Positions 11,695-22,197 are shown, numbered from the stretch's first letter. The stretch is DNA of 36,521 bases from a virus (IMGVR_UViG_2778261065_000031:1-36521); one strand, 5' to 3'. A program made the numbers and translations. Notes: a model not told the origin generated them from the sequence alone.

Positions 11695-13860
11695 TTATTG
11701 AGGTGTCTCGGCTACTCCGCCGGAGGGGATTTGAACTTGACGCATAAGATTCGCGAAGTCCATGCGTTGTGAATGAGTCTGGTCTGCATCTTTAAGAAGC
11801 AGCTCAGCGTTAGCACGAGCATCTTTGCTGCGCTGTTGCTGGAATTGACCTACGAGCTTGAGGTACTCACGCAGTTCTGCCTGCTTGTCGAGGTCCATAT
11901 TGTTGAAGATTTCTGCAATCTTCGCGGCGTTGAGTTGGTTTTGGGCTTCAACCTTGGCGGCTTCAACCTGAATCTGCGCCTGTTGGTTCTCTGCCTTGAG
12001 CAATTCAGCCTGACCTTGCAGAAGAATGCCCTGCGCCTGAATTTGCTCTGCTGATGGCTGCTGCGGCTGCTGTTGAGCCTGCTGTACCATCTCCATCTCT
12101 TCAGGTGTTTCTGGTTTCTTCAGCCCCATCATCACCAGTTGCTTGTTCGCGTACTCTCGCATCATCTCGACGCCTTTACCGTCAAGCAGCGTGAAGTATT
12201 GCAGCATCAGCATCTGGAACTCTGGAGTACCTTGCGGAACCTTGGTGAGTAACTCCTGAATCTCTGCGCGGTTCTGTTCCTTCATGCTCTGGAAGGATGG
12301 CCCAACGTCCGTATAGCACTCATAGCGACCGCGAATGTCGTTGAGTGTGACCACATTGCCGGACTGATAATCGACAACTTGCGCATAGAGTTGAACGTCT
12401 TTCTCGCTTCCATCTTCAAGTGTCAGCGTTACATGACGAGGAACGTCATAAATATCGTTGACCATTGAGGCATAAATCTCGCCATCACGTCGCATTGCGG
12501 TAGCCAGGTTATCCTGAAACACGTATGTCTCAAGATCTGCCCGCATGTTCAGTTGATTGACGGTATCGAAAGCGACCTGAGAGTTTGCCGCCTGCGCATC
12601 CACGCCAAGACTAGCCACCTCTTTCACTGCGTTGGTGGCAGCCTCAAGCATGTAAGCGTTGGCTTGCGGCACTTCAGGGTTTTCCATGTAGGAGATTGGA
12701 CCAATCGGCAGGTCGTTACCGTTTTCATCGGTCCTGTTCTGCAGATAGTACGGATAGTCATCATTTCCACCGTACATGTATTCGTAGCCTTCGATTTGCT
12801 CAGGGAAGAAGGTAGGTTTCTTCTTCGGTGAACGAGCAACGATATCGGCGTTGAACGACATGATCATGTTACGAAGGCGTTGACCGTCTTTCGTCAGTCT
12901 TACCACGCCCTCGTAGCACTCCTTGTCACCAGCGAATGACCATTCACCATACACTGGAACGATTGGAATATGCTCTCCGGCTATCTTCTCGCGGTCTTTC
13001 AGTATCTGCGTGCAGGTGATGATCGACTTATACACACGCCGACGCTTCACCTTGCGCTCTGCTACCTTAATGAATCCACGATTAGCCAGGTCGTCGATGA
13101 CGTCTTTGATATCCTGCTGGTAATAGCTGACCGGCTCACCTGTCAGCGGGTCGCGGTAGATGAAGACTCTCTCCTTCTTCTCTTCTACCTCGTAATACTC
13201 AGCGACGTAGACGACATCATTCGACACCCACGGGAATAGCCATGTATCGTTAGGATTCTGGAAAGATGGCAAGGTGTCAGGATCAATACCGTAATCCTCT
13301 GCGAACTCTTTCCAGCCATTGCGTGACAAAGCGTTAATCACCGTGCAGTGCTTAGCGTCGCTCTTATCCATCTGCTTGCTGTTGGCGTCCCATATGACGT
13401 GTGAGCAGGCTTCATGGATTGGCAGGCGTCGGATTACCTGATTGTTGCTTGTTGGGTCGTTGTCTTCGTACTGTGTGACCAGACGCCATGCACCAACGCC
13501 GGACTCTATCTGCTCACGAACGCCAACGTTAACGGCAATTTTTGCCGTGTTATGGCGCATATCAGTACGATACATTCCCATCAACACATCGGCAGCATCA
13601 GGATTAGCGCCGTCTTTTGGTCTGAAGAGAACGTCGATAGGGTTACGGCGCATCTCTGCGACCAGTTTCCTGACAACCGGGCGGACAACATCGAATTGTC
13701 CGCGATATTGCAGGGTGGTGTAGTTTGATAGCCAGTCATCCCATTGCGACACTCGGCTAAAATACAGGTCATTTGTCGCCTCGGTTCTGGCTTCATCGCT
13801 CGCCATCCAGTCCGCGTCAAACTTACACAGAATGGAATTGAGTCTGTTTTCGTCGGCCAT
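11695..13860 (-). CDS. Portal protein (P22 gp1 homolog)
   Basis: 721 aa; extensive match to P22 portal including C-terminal Gln-rich barrel region. Confidence 0.95.
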   Translation of the reverse strand: MADENRLNSILCKFDADWMASDEARTEATNDLYFSRVSQWDDWLSNYTTLQYRGQFDVVRPVVRKLVAEMRRNPIDVLFRPKDGANPDAADVLMGMYRTDMRHNTAKIAVNVGVREQIESGVGAWRLVTQYEDNDPTSNNQVIRRLPIHEACSHVIWDANSKQMDKSDAKHCTVINALSRNGWKEFAEDYGIDPDTLPSFQNPNDTWLFPWVSNDVVYVAEYYEVEEKKERVFIYRDPLTGEPVSYYQQDIKDVIDDLANRGFIKVAERKVKRRRVYKSIITCTQILKDREKIAGEHIPIVPVYGEWSFAGDKECYEGVVRLTKDGQRLRNMIMSFNADIVARSPKKKPTFFPEQIEGYEYMYGGNDDYPYYLQNRTDENGNDLPIGPISYMENPEVPQANAYMLEAATNAVKEVASLGVDAQAANSQVAFDTVNQLNMRADLETYVFQDNLATAMRRDGEIYASMVNDIYDVPRHVTLTLEDGSEKDVQLYAQVVDYQSGNVVTLNDIRGRYECYTDVGPSFQSMKEQNRAEIQELLTKVPQGTPEFQMLMLQYFTLLDGKGVEMMREYANKQLVMMGLKKPETPEEMEMVQQAQQQPQQPSAEQIQAQGILLQGQAELLKAENQQAQIQVEAAKVEAQNQLNAAKIAEIFNNMDLDKQAELREYLKLVGQFQQQRSKDARANAELLLKDADQTHSQRMDFANLMRQVQIPSGGVAETPQ

Positions 13861-15360
13861 TTAAGTTCTCCGTGCGATGGGCCTGATTGGGGCTGGTATC
13901 TTTTTCTCTTTTGGTTTTTTGATGTCGCGCATCATTTTGGCAAAGCGGCGCATCATGTATGCATAGCGAACGGCTGAGAGAACGTCGTCGTTAAGCTTGA
14001 CGATTTTCCCGTTTTCATCACGGTGATAGAGGCGGAACTCCTCAAAGAATGGCTCACAGGTGTTGAATACTTTGAAGCGACCATCGAGCATCATGTCGCG
14101 CAATTCAGTGATGCCAGGCTCAACAGCATTACCGCCATCAGGCCATGTCGCATGCTCCTGTAACATCATAAATCCAGCGTCTGCATACTGCCCTTTGAGC
14201 TGCTCACCGCCGCCCTTCTCATGCTGGTTTCCGTCATGAGGCCATGCGGTTGGCACTTTATGCGCCCATGATTTAACGGCTCCCCACGCCTGAACGGCTG
14301 TTTTTTCTTTCGCCTTCCACACGCGTGAAACGTAGATTGTGTCTGCGTCTTTATCCCACCAAAGCTGAACATGCGCCTGCGGGTGATCCCATCCGAAATC
14401 CATCCCGCCAATTACGTAGAAGTGATCAGGACACTCGAACGGCTGACACTTAATCGTCTCTTCCGGTATCTGGAATATTCGCCCGCTACCCATCGTAGGA
14501 ATACCGCGAGCACGCGCCTCTCTCTCATGCTCAGGATAGGATGCGATGATTTGCTCTTTCTGCTCGTCGGTGTAGTGCTCAGCGTCATAGATGGTCATGT
14601 TGACCACTTTCTGAGACTTGCTGGGATTCTTCAGGAACTTGGTAACAACGTCAGACATCCCCATCAGCGGGGTAAACGTCAGAATTGAGAATTGCCCGTA
14701 TTTGTTGGTACGGGTAAGCCCTTCGCCATAAATGCTGTATGGTGGCTCTTCGTCAAACCACACACCGTGGATTGTGTCACCCTGCCATCGAGCACGGCCT
14801 TGCGAGTATGGTTTGAAGTAACAGATTGAAATGCCATCTTCAACGCCATCAGCCGTGTGATGCTTAACCAGAAGGTGATCAACAAGGTTCGGAAAGAAAG
14901 GAGACTTCTTCCAGCTAATGATGTCTTCTTTCGGTATGGAACCGTAGCCAGGTTCACCATTCTCTTCGATACGACCGCACAGGATGCGTTGAGTCGTTTT
15001 GGTTACAGTCTCGTTTGTCTCGCCACCAATCCAGAAGACAACAGGCTCATAGAAACGCTTACCTTTCCACTCCCCGCCATATTTACCATCAGCCGGATAG
15101 CCTTTTGTTCCCGGATAACGCCCAGTAAGGTGAAACGCGACTTCAGCAGCACCAGTAAATGACTTACCAAGCTGGTTACCAGCCATAAAACATCGCTCTG
15201 GATAGTCATGTCCGGCGTCGATGAACTCACGCTGTTTGCTGTATGGCGTAAATTCATATAGCAGGTGTGTGTTCCGGTAGTTCTCTTCTTCTTCGAGTAG
15301 CTCGAGCAACTCGATTTGCTCTTCGTCGCTCAGGTTATCAAGAATCGCGTCCAGTTCCAC
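13861..15360 (-). CDS. Terminase large subunit (P22 gp2 homolog)
   Basis: 499 aa; near-identical to P22 gp2 ([37 protein letters not shown]). Confidence 0.97.
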   Translation of the reverse strand: MELDAILDNLSDEEQIELLELLEEEENYRNTHLLYEFTPYSKQREFIDAGHDYPERCFMAGNQLGKSFTGAAEVAFHLTGRYPGTKGYPADGKYGGEWKGKRFYEPVVFWIGGETNETVTKTTQRILCGRIEENGEPGYGSIPKEDIISWKKSPFFPNLVDHLLVKHHTADGVEDGISICYFKPYSQGRARWQGDTIHGVWFDEEPPYSIYGEGLTRTNKYGQFSILTFTPLMGMSDVVTKFLKNPSKSQKVVNMTIYDAEHYTDEQKEQIIASYPEHEREARARGIPTMGSGRIFQIPEETIKCQPFECPDHFYVIGGMDFGWDHPQAHVQLWWDKDADTIYVSRVWKAKEKTAVQAWGAVKSWAHKVPTAWPHDGNQHEKGGGEQLKGQYADAGFMMLQEHATWPDGGNAVEPGITELRDMMLDGRFKVFNTCEPFFEEFRLYHRDENGKIVKLNDDVLSAVRYAYMMRRFAKMMRDIKKPKEKKIPAPIRPIARRT

Positions 15361-15826
15361 GGTTGAATAGCTCCTTGATACGAGAGCGTCGCTTATCGCG
15401 ATCTCCCTTATCAGGTGTCACGTCTTCAACTTGCGACTGCTCTTTGAGGCCCAAATCACGGGCGATGATGTTAGCGTTGAGAAGGTCAGCGGCTGCGCCA
15501 GAGAATTTCTGATCGTAGATGACCTGCTCTGCTCGCGTAACGACTTCAGATAAATCTTCTCTCAGGCGATATGTGCGCCATGTTTCAAGCGTCACATCAA
15601 TGAACAGAGTGAGGCCGGTAATGGTCATCGCTCGCATCTTGGCGATAGGCTCTTGTATCACTTCACCCTGATACGAGAACGCCTTCATCTCCCATAGCGG
15701 GTTAGCTTCCACCCACTCGAAGTATTCACAACAAGCAGCCCACAGCGCCTCAGGCGATTCGAATTTAGGATTTCGCCCATGACTACTGCGGGCCTCCCAA
15801 AATCGGTTGCCCTTTGGTGCTGCCAT
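15338..15826 (-). CDS. Terminase small subunit (P22 gp3 homolog); start set at MAAPKGN
   Basis: Matches P22 gp3 from [23 protein letters not shown]; track ORF begins two codons upstream (MNM). Confidence 0.85.
   Translation of the reverse strand: MAAPKGNRFWEARSSHGRNPKFESPEALWAACCEYFEWVEANPLWEMKAFSYQGEVIQEPIAKMRAMTITGLTLFIDVTLETWRTYRLREDLSEVVTRAEQVIYDQKFSGAAADLLNANIIARDLGLKEQSQVEDVTPDKGDRDKRRSRIKELFNRGTGRDS
15532..15559 (-). other. P22-type pac site inside terS (headful packaging initiation)
   Basis: Minus strand reads GAAGATTTATCTGAAGTCGTTACGCGAG, matching the P22 pac sequence as I recall it. Confidence 0.55.
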
Positions 15827-15861
15827 ATTCATCTCACTTAGTTGTTATTTCAGGTTGAGCA

Positions 15862-16104
15862 TCATGCTCCGGTAGTGAACAGGTCTAACGCTTCCTTCGA
15901 TTTACACACCGCTTCGATAGTTCTGGTCGTGATATCTGAATTAGCGCCACCTGACTGGAAGTGAATTTTGAATAGCTCAAGCTTCAGTTCGTCAGTGCCA
16001 ATGAACTGAAATGCTTCCTCTGCGGCTGCGTTCTGGTTCATGACCAGTTTGTAAATCTCTAACTGGAATTTCTGTTCTTCAGTCATGGGAATAATCTCTG
16101 CCAT
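15862..16104 (-). CDS. Hypothetical protein (80 aa) upstream of terS
   Basis: ORF with upstream purine-rich RBS; no recognisable family. Confidence 0.4.
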   Translation of the reverse strand: MAEIIPMTEEQKFQLEIYKLVMNQNAAAEEAFQFIGTDELKLELFKIHFQSGGANSDITTRTIEAVCKSKEALDLFTTGA

Positions 16105-16398
16105 TGTTGGCTCCGTTTATCCGTTAAAAGGGATATCAGTTAAGTTATCCCGTGTAGGGTATAAGCTATTGTCGAGACCACTCATTGAATGGTCTCTGCA
16201 ATAACCGATGTCTTTCCATCAGTCCGCCACCACAAAGAATCTTTTTTGCCATAAGGCAGGAGGTTCATCTTTCAGTGGCTGCCAGTGTTATTTCCCCACT
16301 TACTGGCTTGGGTTGTTTCTCTGTACTGCCGTAACTGGTTGCCCAGAATAAATTCCGGTTTCATTATCAAGCCCACCCGTAGATGAGCTTTGTAATGA

Positions 16399-16674
16399 CT
16401 ACAGTAACGGACTGCACAATGCGCCTGTATTTCGAGGATGACGTCCAAATACGTTAATCTTCTCGCGAACGCTCTCACTACACATTCGCTCTACAATTCG
16501 CCAAACAGCCTTTTCAGGTAAAAATTTCGGCGCTAGTGCTGAAATAGCACGCCACAGACCCCGACTAAGCGAGCACGCTGTGCTACCGAAACTAAAGATG
16601 GCGATCGAAATAGACGTGATAAACGCCCAGCAACCAGAGAGAAAAGTTGAGATGCGGTGATAAAGCTTAGTCAT
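16399..16674 (-). CDS. Hypothetical protein (91 aa) with one N-terminal hydrophobic segment, downstream of Rz
   Basis: AGGAG SD 5-6 nt upstream of ATG at 16674; hydrophobic stretch ISTFLSGCWAFITSISIAIFSF. Confidence 0.35.
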   Translation of the reverse strand: MTKLYHRISTFLSGCWAFITSISIAIFSFGSTACSLSRGLWRAISALAPKFLPEKAVWRIVERMCSESVREKINVFGRHPRNTGALCSPLL

Positions 16675-16709
16675 GTATTGCTCCTGTTTTTTTGTTTTTC
16701 ATCGCCCGA

Positions 16710-17147
16710 TCATTTCAGGCATTGCGTCCTGATGTACTCCTGCAGGTAGTTAACCTGCGCGGTTATCCTGTCGATTCCACTTCGGAGACGGTAATAATTG
16801 AGTTCAGCATCTGCTGTAAGTCTTGGGCTTTCTCCATCGCCCATGCTGCTGGCTCCGGTCGTTGACTTTGCACAGGTGGCGGCGACTTGCAGGCGCTTAC
16901 GACCAGCAGAAACATCAGCACGGAGACTTTCGATAGTCGCGTTAGCATCAGCAAGCTCCTTTGTGTATCTGGCGTCGAGTTCTGCTACATCACGTTGACG
17001 CTTCTGCATGTCAGCGATGATGTACGTGGCTTTATCGCGCTGCTCTTTGTAGGCGATTGCGTTATCACGGTAATGATTAACAGCCCATGACAGGCAGACG
17101 ATGATGCAGATAACCAGAGCGGAGATAATCGCGGTTACTCTGCTCAT
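16710..17147 (-). CDS. Rz: i-spanin Rz
   Basis: 145 aa; [31 protein letters not shown] matches lambda Rz. Confidence 0.9.
   Translation of the reverse strand: MSRVTAIISALVICIIVCLSWAVNHYRDNAIAYKEQRDKATYIIADMQKRQRDVAELDARYTKELADANATIESLRADVSAGRKRLQVAATCAKSTTGASSMGDGESPRLTADAELNYYRLRSGIDRITAQVNYLQEYIRTQCLK
16763..16948 (-). CDS. Rz1: o-spanin Rz1 (lipoprotein embedded in the +1 frame of Rz)
   Basis: Embedded ORF with lipobox-like LVVSAC followed by Pro-rich segment; start set at first ATG (track start is TTG at 16954). Confidence 0.7.
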   Translation of the reverse strand: MLTRLSKVSVLMFLLVVSACKSPPPVQSQRPEPAAWAMEKAQDLQQMLNSIITVSEVESTG

Positions 17148-17620
17148 ACCTCAATCTCTCTGACCGTTCCGCCTGCTTCTTTGAATTTTGCAATCAGGCT
17201 GTCAGCCTTATGCTCGAACTGACCATAACCAGCGCCAGGCAGTGAAGCCCAGATATTACTGCAACGGTCGATTGCCTGACGAATATCACCGCGGTCAATC
17301 ATCGGTAAAGCGCCACGCTCTTTAATCTGTTGCAGTGCCACAGCGTCCTGGCTTTTCGGAGAGAAGTCTTTCAGGCCAAGCTGCTTGCGGTAGGCATCCC
17401 ACCAACGGGAAAGAAGCTGGTAACGTCCGGCGGCTGTTGATTTGAGTTTTGGGTTTAGCGTGACAAGTTTGCGAGGGTGATCTGAGTAATCAGTGAATAG
17501 CTCTCCGCCTACAATGACGTCATAACCATGATTTCTGGTTTTCTGTCGTCCGTTATCAGTTCCCTCTGACCACGCCAGCATATCGAGGAACGCCTTACGT
17601 TGATTATTGATTTCCACCAT
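17144..17620 (-). CDS. R: Endolysin (lambda R-type lytic transglycosylase)
   Basis: 158 aa; essentially identical to lambda R ([35 protein letters not shown]). Confidence 0.97.
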   Translation of the reverse strand: MVEINNQRKAFLDMLAWSEGTDNGRQKTRNHGYDVIVGGELFTDYSDHPRKLVTLNPKLKSTAAGRYQLLSRWWDAYRKQLGLKDFSPKSQDAVALQQIKERGALPMIDRGDIRQAIDRCSNIWASLPGAGYGQFEHKADSLIAKFKEAGGTVREIEV

Positions 17621-17927
17621 CTTCTACTCCGGCTTTTTTAGCAGCGAAGCGTTTGATAAGCGAACCAATCGAGTCAGTACCGATGTAGCCGATGAACACG
17701 CTCGTTATATAAGCGAGATTGCTACTTAGTCCGGCGAAGTCGAGAAGGTCACGAATGAACCAGGCGATAATGGCGCACATCGTTGCGTCGATTACTGTTT
17801 TTGTAAACGCACCGCCATTATATCTGCCGCGAAGGTACGCCATTGCAAACGCAAGGATTGCCCCGATGCCTTGTTCCTTTGCCGCGAGAATAGCGGCTAA
17901 CAGGTCATGTTTTTCTGGCATCTTCAT
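17604..17927 (-). CDS. S: Holin/antiholin (lambda S, dual-start MKM motif)
   Basis: 107 aa; essentially identical to lambda S107 ([35 protein letters not shown]). Confidence 0.97.
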   Translation of the reverse strand: MKMPEKHDLLAAILAAKEQGIGAILAFAMAYLRGRYNGGAFTKTVIDATMCAIIAWFIRDLLDFAGLSSNLAYITSVFIGYIGTDSIGSLIKRFAAKKAGVEDGGNQ

Positions 17928-18223
17928 GTCTTACCCCCAATAAGGGGATTTGCTCTATTTAATTAGGAATAAGGTCGATTACTGATAGAACAAATCCAGG
18001 CTACTGTGTTTAGTAATCAGATTTGTTCGTGACCGATATGCACGGGCAAAACGGCAGGAAGTTGTTAGCGCAACCTCATGCCACCCGCTTTCACGAAGCC
18101 AGCCATTGCGCTGGTTTTCTTTTATGCAAAGCACACCGCACCGTAGCCACAGCGGATAAGGTGATTATTTTGGTCTGTCTGGTATTTGGTTTGATGCGCT
18201 TTCAGAAAGGTCGTGCTTAAAAC

Positions 18224-18254
18224 GCAAAAAGCCCCGAGCTATTAACTCAGGGCT
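18224..18254 (-). terminator. Intrinsic terminator about 30-60 nt downstream of pR' (tR'-like)
   Basis: Minus-strand RNA AGCCCUGAG-UUAAUA-GCUCGGGGCU followed by UUUUUGCGUUUU. Confidence 0.6.
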
Positions 18255-18289
18255 TTATTTAACGAGTGCATTTATCCATCGTTGAGTCA

Positions 18290-18318
18290 AATTTACCCAA
18301 CTTTATTCAAAAAGTCAA
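18290..18318 (-). promoter_or_regulatory. Late promoter pR' (-35 TTGACT, 17-bp spacer, -10 TAAATT) with adjacent qut region
   Basis: Minus strand TTGACTTTTTGAATAAAGTTGGGTAAATTTGACTCAACGATGG matches lambda pR' from memory. Confidence 0.65.
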
Positions 18319-18360
18319 TATTATGCCGTTAATTTGTTGCCATCCGTGGCAATCATGCTG

Positions 18361-18984
18361 CTAACGTGTGACCGCATTCAAAATGTTGTCTGCGATTGAC
18401 TCTTCTTTGTGGCATTGCACCACCAGAGCGTCATACAGCGGCTTAACAGTGCGTGACCAGGTGGGTTGGGTAAGATTTGGGATTAGCATCGTCACAGCGC
18501 GATATGCGGCGCTTGCTGGCATCCTTGAATAGCCGACACCTTTGCATCTTCCGCATTCTTTCTCAACAACTCTCCCCCACTGCTCTGTTTTTGCTATATC
18601 AACCGCACGGCCTGTACCGTGACAATCTCTGCATCTTGCGCCCGGCGTCGCGGCACTACGGCAATAATCCGCATAAGCGAATGTTGCGAGCACTTGCAGT
18701 ACCTTTGCCTTAGTATTTCCTTCAAGCTTTGCCACACCACGGTATTTCCCCGATACCTTGTGTGCAAATTGCATCAGATAGTTGATAGCCTTTTGTTTGT
18801 CGTTCTGGCTGAGTTCATGCTTACCGCAGAATGCAGCCATTCCGAATCCGGCTTGTGATTGCGCCATCCCCATAGCAGCCATCACATCAGTACCGGAAAG
18901 AGAGTCAGAAGCCGTGGCCCGTGGTGAGTCGCTCATCATCGGGCTTTTTGGCGAATGAAATTTAGCTACGCTTTCGAGTCTCAT
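18361..18984 (-). CDS. Q: Late-gene antiterminator Q
   Basis: 207 aa; essentially identical to lambda Q (MRLESVAKFHSPKSPMMSDSPRATASDSLSGTDVMAAMG). Confidence 0.97.
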   Translation of the reverse strand: MRLESVAKFHSPKSPMMSDSPRATASDSLSGTDVMAAMGMAQSQAGFGMAAFCGKHELSQNDKQKAINYLMQFAHKVSGKYRGVAKLEGNTKAKVLQVLATFAYADYCRSAATPGARCRDCHGTGRAVDIAKTEQWGRVVEKECGRCKGVGYSRMPASAAYRAVTMLIPNLTQPTWSRTVKPLYDALVVQCHKEESIADNILNAVTR

Positions 18985-19169
18985 CGTCTTCCCCTCTTGC
19001 CCTGTTTGACCATCAGGACGCCGTTAACTATTACATGACGCTCGCCTTTGCTGTCTCGGTTGTACTTGAGCACTGTTCCTCTTGCGCAGGAAAGCATCCT
19101 TGCCACTTCAGTCTGATTGCCTCGTGTCTGGATAAGAAGCTCTGGTATCGTTTGAATTGTGGCGTTCAT
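18981..19169 (-). CDS. ninH: NinH-like small DNA-binding protein
   Basis: 62 aa; GNQTEVARMLSCARGTVLKY resembles lambda NinH; 4-nt overlap with Q. Confidence 0.6.
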   Translation of the reverse strand: MNATIQTIPELLIQTRGNQTEVARMLSCARGTVLKYNRDSKGERHVIVNGVLMVKQGKRGRR

Positions 19170-19528
19170 GCGTTCTCCAGTTCGGTGATTTTTATTCCAA
19201 GCCTTCCGCCTGGTACTTTCACGCCACGAATTACGCGAATGTCATCGAATTGCTCGTCGTCTTCCGCAAATCCGGCGTGGATAAGGGAGTCGAGTAAACC
19301 TTTCAGGATGTTGTCGAGGTCGCGGCGGCGGGAGTCTGGAACGTCTGCGATGACTTTGATGCGGAGTCGTGATTTGGTGAAAATGTCTAACTTAAGTTGG
19401 CGGATGATTTGCTGAACGTCTTTTCGGTATTTCTGGCCTTTATCGCTGATGTAGTATTGGCTTCCCCGTCTTCGCCAGTAGGTGTTCACCGACGGCGGGT
19501 ATGGAAGCACAAACTGATATTCGCTCAT
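19166..19528 (-). CDS. rusA: Holliday junction resolvase RusA
   Basis: 120 aa; PPSVNTYW...PDSRRRDLDNILKGLLDSL matches RusA family. Confidence 0.85.
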   Translation of the reverse strand: MSEYQFVLPYPPSVNTYWRRRGSQYYISDKGQKYRKDVQQIIRQLKLDIFTKSRLRIKVIADVPDSRRRDLDNILKGLLDSLIHAGFAEDDEQFDDIRVIRGVKVPGGRLGIKITELENA

Positions 19529-19815
19529 GACTTAATCTTCCCCTCCTTCAGCAGTATCGCCTGCGTCCTGATCACGCCTTCGAGGTGGTAAAGTCTGGCG
19601 TCTTTGTTGTCGAGATTATGGGTGCGTCGGTCGATCTCCGCGTGGCAGTCACTACAAGCCCATGCACCGATCAGGTCGTCAGGCTTCATTCCCGTTCCGC
19701 AAATTCCAGCCATCCGGTAATGTGCCAGAACTGTAGTTTCAGGATTACCATTGCATACGCCGTAAATACGTACCTGGCATTCTCTGTTGCGCGCTTCTTT
19801 GCGTAGGTTAGCCAT
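19525..19815 (-). CDS. YbcO-like (DUF1364) putative nuclease
   Basis: 96 aa, Cys/His-rich; resembles DLP12 YbcO by recall; nin-region position next to rusA. Confidence 0.55.
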   Translation of the reverse strand: MANLRKEARNRECQVRIYGVCNGNPETTVLAHYRMAGICGTGMKPDDLIGAWACSDCHAEIDRRTHNLDNKDARLYHLEGVIRTQAILLKEGKIKS

Positions 19816-20537
19816 TAAGCAGCCTCCCCGGTTACTTTCAGCATTCCGTTATCGAGCAGCTTTCTGGTCAGCCACTGTTGACCACGCCCGGTGATTTTTG
19901 TGGTGAACGATATCTGTATTCCGTGATTTGTGTTGACCGCTGTTTCTTTCACTGCGAAATAGCCGCGATCCATATATTCCTGCATTGGCACATTGCGCCG
20001 GGAACCTGAAGCAATAAGGATTTTGTGATCGCGCATCCACGCAAACAGTTTGTTTGGACCAATTCCAACAACCTTTGCAAAGTTTCCAATCAAAATTCCG
20101 CTGGCCTCGCCAACGCGATCGGCAAACTCAACTTTAGGTGCGGCAATTGCGAGCTGGTTTTCCAGTTGCATTTTCTGCTCAGCAAGGTCAGCAGCAAGGC
20201 GCAACGCTTCCGGTAGCGTTTTGGGGATATTAACCGCAGCTTCTTCAAGCTCTCGCCAACGGTCAACAAGGCGAGCGGTGAACTCTGGCGACAACTGGGC
20301 AACAACGACAATACTGTCTCGCTTACCTTGTTCGCCCTCGAAGACGTAATGCTCGTACTGAACATTGAACCCTAAGTTATTGATTCTTTCGGAAACCTCA
20401 ATTTGAGGAAGCCGGATAACACCATTTTTAGCCAGCGTTTCGATGGTACGTTTCACATTGTCATGACGCTTACCCACCAACTCAGCGATTTCAATGCTTG
20501 TCATTTTGATGGCATTGCCATTTATTAACTCATTCAT
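19815..20537 (-). CDS. Rha/Roi-family phage regulatory protein
   Basis: 240 aa; N-terminal Rha-like domain and C-terminal KilA-C-like region by recall; resembles HK022 Roi. Confidence 0.6.
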   Translation of the reverse strand: MNELINGNAIKMTSIEIAELVGKRHDNVKRTIETLAKNGVIRLPQIEVSERINNLGFNVQYEHYVFEGEQGKRDSIVVVAQLSPEFTARLVDRWRELEEAAVNIPKTLPEALRLAADLAEQKMQLENQLAIAAPKVEFADRVGEASGILIGNFAKVVGIGPNKLFAWMRDHKILIASGSRRNVPMQEYMDRGYFAVKETAVNTNHGIQISFTTKITGRGQQWLTRKLLDNGMLKVTGEAA

Positions 20538-20742
20538 CGTCTTCTTCCTCGTACATTGAGCTATTCGGATCGCTCATCAGTTCTGCGCAGCAGTGCTCAC
20601 ACACGTGAACTTCCAGCACATGCAGCTTCTGACCGCAGTTAGCGCACGTTAAAGCCCGCTCGACGCTTTGTTGTTCGTAACTTCGATTTGGGTCAATCAC
20701 CTTGTTTTCCTCGCACGATGTCTTAGCCACCGGATATCCCAC
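20530..20742 (-). CDS. ninF: NinF-like zinc-binding protein (5' end uncertain)
   Basis: [39 protein letters not shown] matches lambda NinF; track ORF overlaps NinE 3' end by 46 nt. Confidence 0.75.
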   Translation of the reverse strand: MGYPVAKTSCEENKVIDPNRSYEQQSVERALTCANCGQKLHVLEVHVCEHCCAELMSDPNSSMYEEEDDE

Positions 20743-20879
20743 AGGTGAGCCGTGTAATTGAAGGTTTTTACGTCAGATTCTTTTGGTATTGGCTTGCGTT
20801 TATTTCTGGAGCGTTTCGTTGGAAGGTATTTGCAGTTTTCGCAGATGATGTCGGTGATGCTTCGTCGCTGTCGTCTCAT
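20697..20879 (-). CDS. ninE: NinE
   Basis: From internal [26 protein letters not shown]...HLWDIRWL matches lambda NinE (60 aa); ATGA overlap with upstream methyltransferase stop. Confidence 0.8.
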   Translation of the reverse strand: MRRQRRSITDIICENCKYLPTKRSRNKRKPIPKESDVKTFNYTAHLWDIRWLRHRARKTR

Positions 20880-21403
20880 TCTGCCCTCCTGACGCCCTGC
20901 CCGATCGCCATCAATGCCGCTTTGGATACGGTAGTAAACATCCGTCGAGGACTGATGAACGGTCGCCAAATCAGCAGCATGGAGCCTTTGCTGTTTCCCT
21001 TCTTCTCCAGCCCTGTCGATGGTTCGATAAAATTAATCCGTCCATCAGTGATAATGCGAACTTCGTCGACACTCTCCAGAGCCTTGCTGAACCATCCGAC
21101 TGACATATCCTCTGGCACAAGCATCACTACCGTCTGTCGCTGTTGTATGCACTGCTCAGCGGCTTTTTCCACCCACGGCCTGATATTGCTGTACGGTGGG
21201 TTATTCCAGATTGCACCGTGGCTTACCCACTCAGAATTGAGCGCGTCGTCGGCCTCAGTTAACCAGTGAGCGCACAGAGCATTTTTGTCGCTCGCTGCCG
21301 AATCCAGCCAGAATCCAAACTCAATATCCAGTGCATCAAAAAGCCAAAGCGGCGTTTGCCAGCAGTCCTTGTCGTGTGCTGGCGTATTTGATTTGATAGT
21401 CAT
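20876..21403 (-). CDS. Orphan DNA N6-adenine methyltransferase (phage Dam-like)
   Basis: NPPY catalytic motif ([17 protein letters not shown]); start set at ATG overlapping ninB stop (ATGA); track start is 21430. Confidence 0.75.
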   Translation of the reverse strand: MTIKSNTPAHDKDCWQTPLWLFDALDIEFGFWLDSAASDKNALCAHWLTEADDALNSEWVSHGAIWNNPPYSNIRPWVEKAAEQCIQQRQTVVMLVPEDMSVGWFSKALESVDEVRIITDGRINFIEPSTGLEKKGNSKGSMLLIWRPFISPRRMFTTVSKAALMAIGQGVRRAE

Positions 21404-21846
21404 GCAGCCTTCCCTTTTCGTTGTGACCATTCATACTCTCGCCGGGAGTCATCACTCCACCGCACGTTGCGCTCTGATCCGAACCAGAACATGATTTCGA
21501 TAAGCTCAGTCATGCTGGCCTTTCGCATTTTGCTGGTACGCACGCCAAGCATGACAACGCCACCGTCGATACCAGGCACACTTCGTTGCTCCAGTTTTTT
21601 GGTCTTAAGCCACAGGGCAGTGAACAGGTCTTTCCAGTCTTCCGGCGCCAGCCGTTGACCATGCCATAGCACCTGACGCGAAACATCGTTCAGCATCGGC
21701 CACATACGGTCATTCTGCGCTTTGCTGCGTTTGGGTTCTCTAACGTGGACTTCGTGAGGTGACTTGTCGTCGATGGGGAGTGAGAGAATGGCGTCTATGG
21801 CGTTATTTCTGATTGCTTCGTTGCGAAGTATGTATATTTGCTTCAT
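21400..21846 (-). CDS. ninB: NinB (Orf-family recombination mediator)
   Basis: 148 aa; SKAQNDRMWPMLNDVSRQVLWHGQRL...RNVRWSDDSRREYEW resembles lambda NinB. Confidence 0.85.
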   Translation of the reverse strand: MKQIYILRNEAIRNNAIDAILSLPIDDKSPHEVHVREPKRSKAQNDRMWPMLNDVSRQVLWHGQRLAPEDWKDLFTALWLKTKKLEQRSVPGIDGGVVMLGVRTSKMRKASMTELIEIMFWFGSERNVRWSDDSRREYEWSQRKGKAA

Positions 21847-22180
21847 CGAAATTCTTCTCTTTAATTCCAGCGGCTCTGATAGCTTTCATCACTGCAATTA
21901 CCGTTTTGTCCTTCCCATCCTCATGCCCCATCGCATAAGCACCTTCTTCACCATCTTTCCAAAAGTCGTCATTCGATTCGGGCCAGTCGATATCCAGTTC
22001 AATAGCTGATCGCGATGCCTGCCACGTTTGCCAGTGGCCTTGAACATCGTCCATCACGTATTGACCACCAATATCACCACTGCCAATTTCATGGTGATTT
22101 TCAGGGTAACGGATAAGGTCTGAAGATTCGCCCCCACGTCGCAACCAACTTTCTTCAAACTGCTTTCTTGATTCGTCCAT
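21803..22180 (-). CDS. Hypothetical acidic protein (125 aa)
   Basis: ORF upstream of ninB, 44-nt overlap; no recognised family. Confidence 0.45.
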   Translation of the reverse strand: MDESRKQFEESWLRRGGESSDLIRYPENHHEIGSGDIGGQYVMDDVQGHWQTWQASRSAIELDIDWPESNDDFWKDGEEGAYAMGHEDGKDKTVIAVMKAIRAAGIKEKNFDEANIHTSQRSNQK

Positions 22181-22197
22181 CGATACTTATCCTCAGT

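Noticed and set aside
16272-16478. 68-aa minus-strand ORF in the Rz-terS gap
   Set aside because: Overlaps the better-supported 16399..16674 ORF and lacks a convincing RBS.
16105-16709. tRNA gene in the post-lysis gap
   Set aside because: No tRNA-like T-arm or anticodon-stem pattern seen by eye; needs tRNAscan-SE to exclude.
18023-18220. 65-aa plus-strand ORF in the Q-S leader region
   Set aside because: Lies in the lambda-like noncoding late leader, opposite to the operon direction; likely noncoding.
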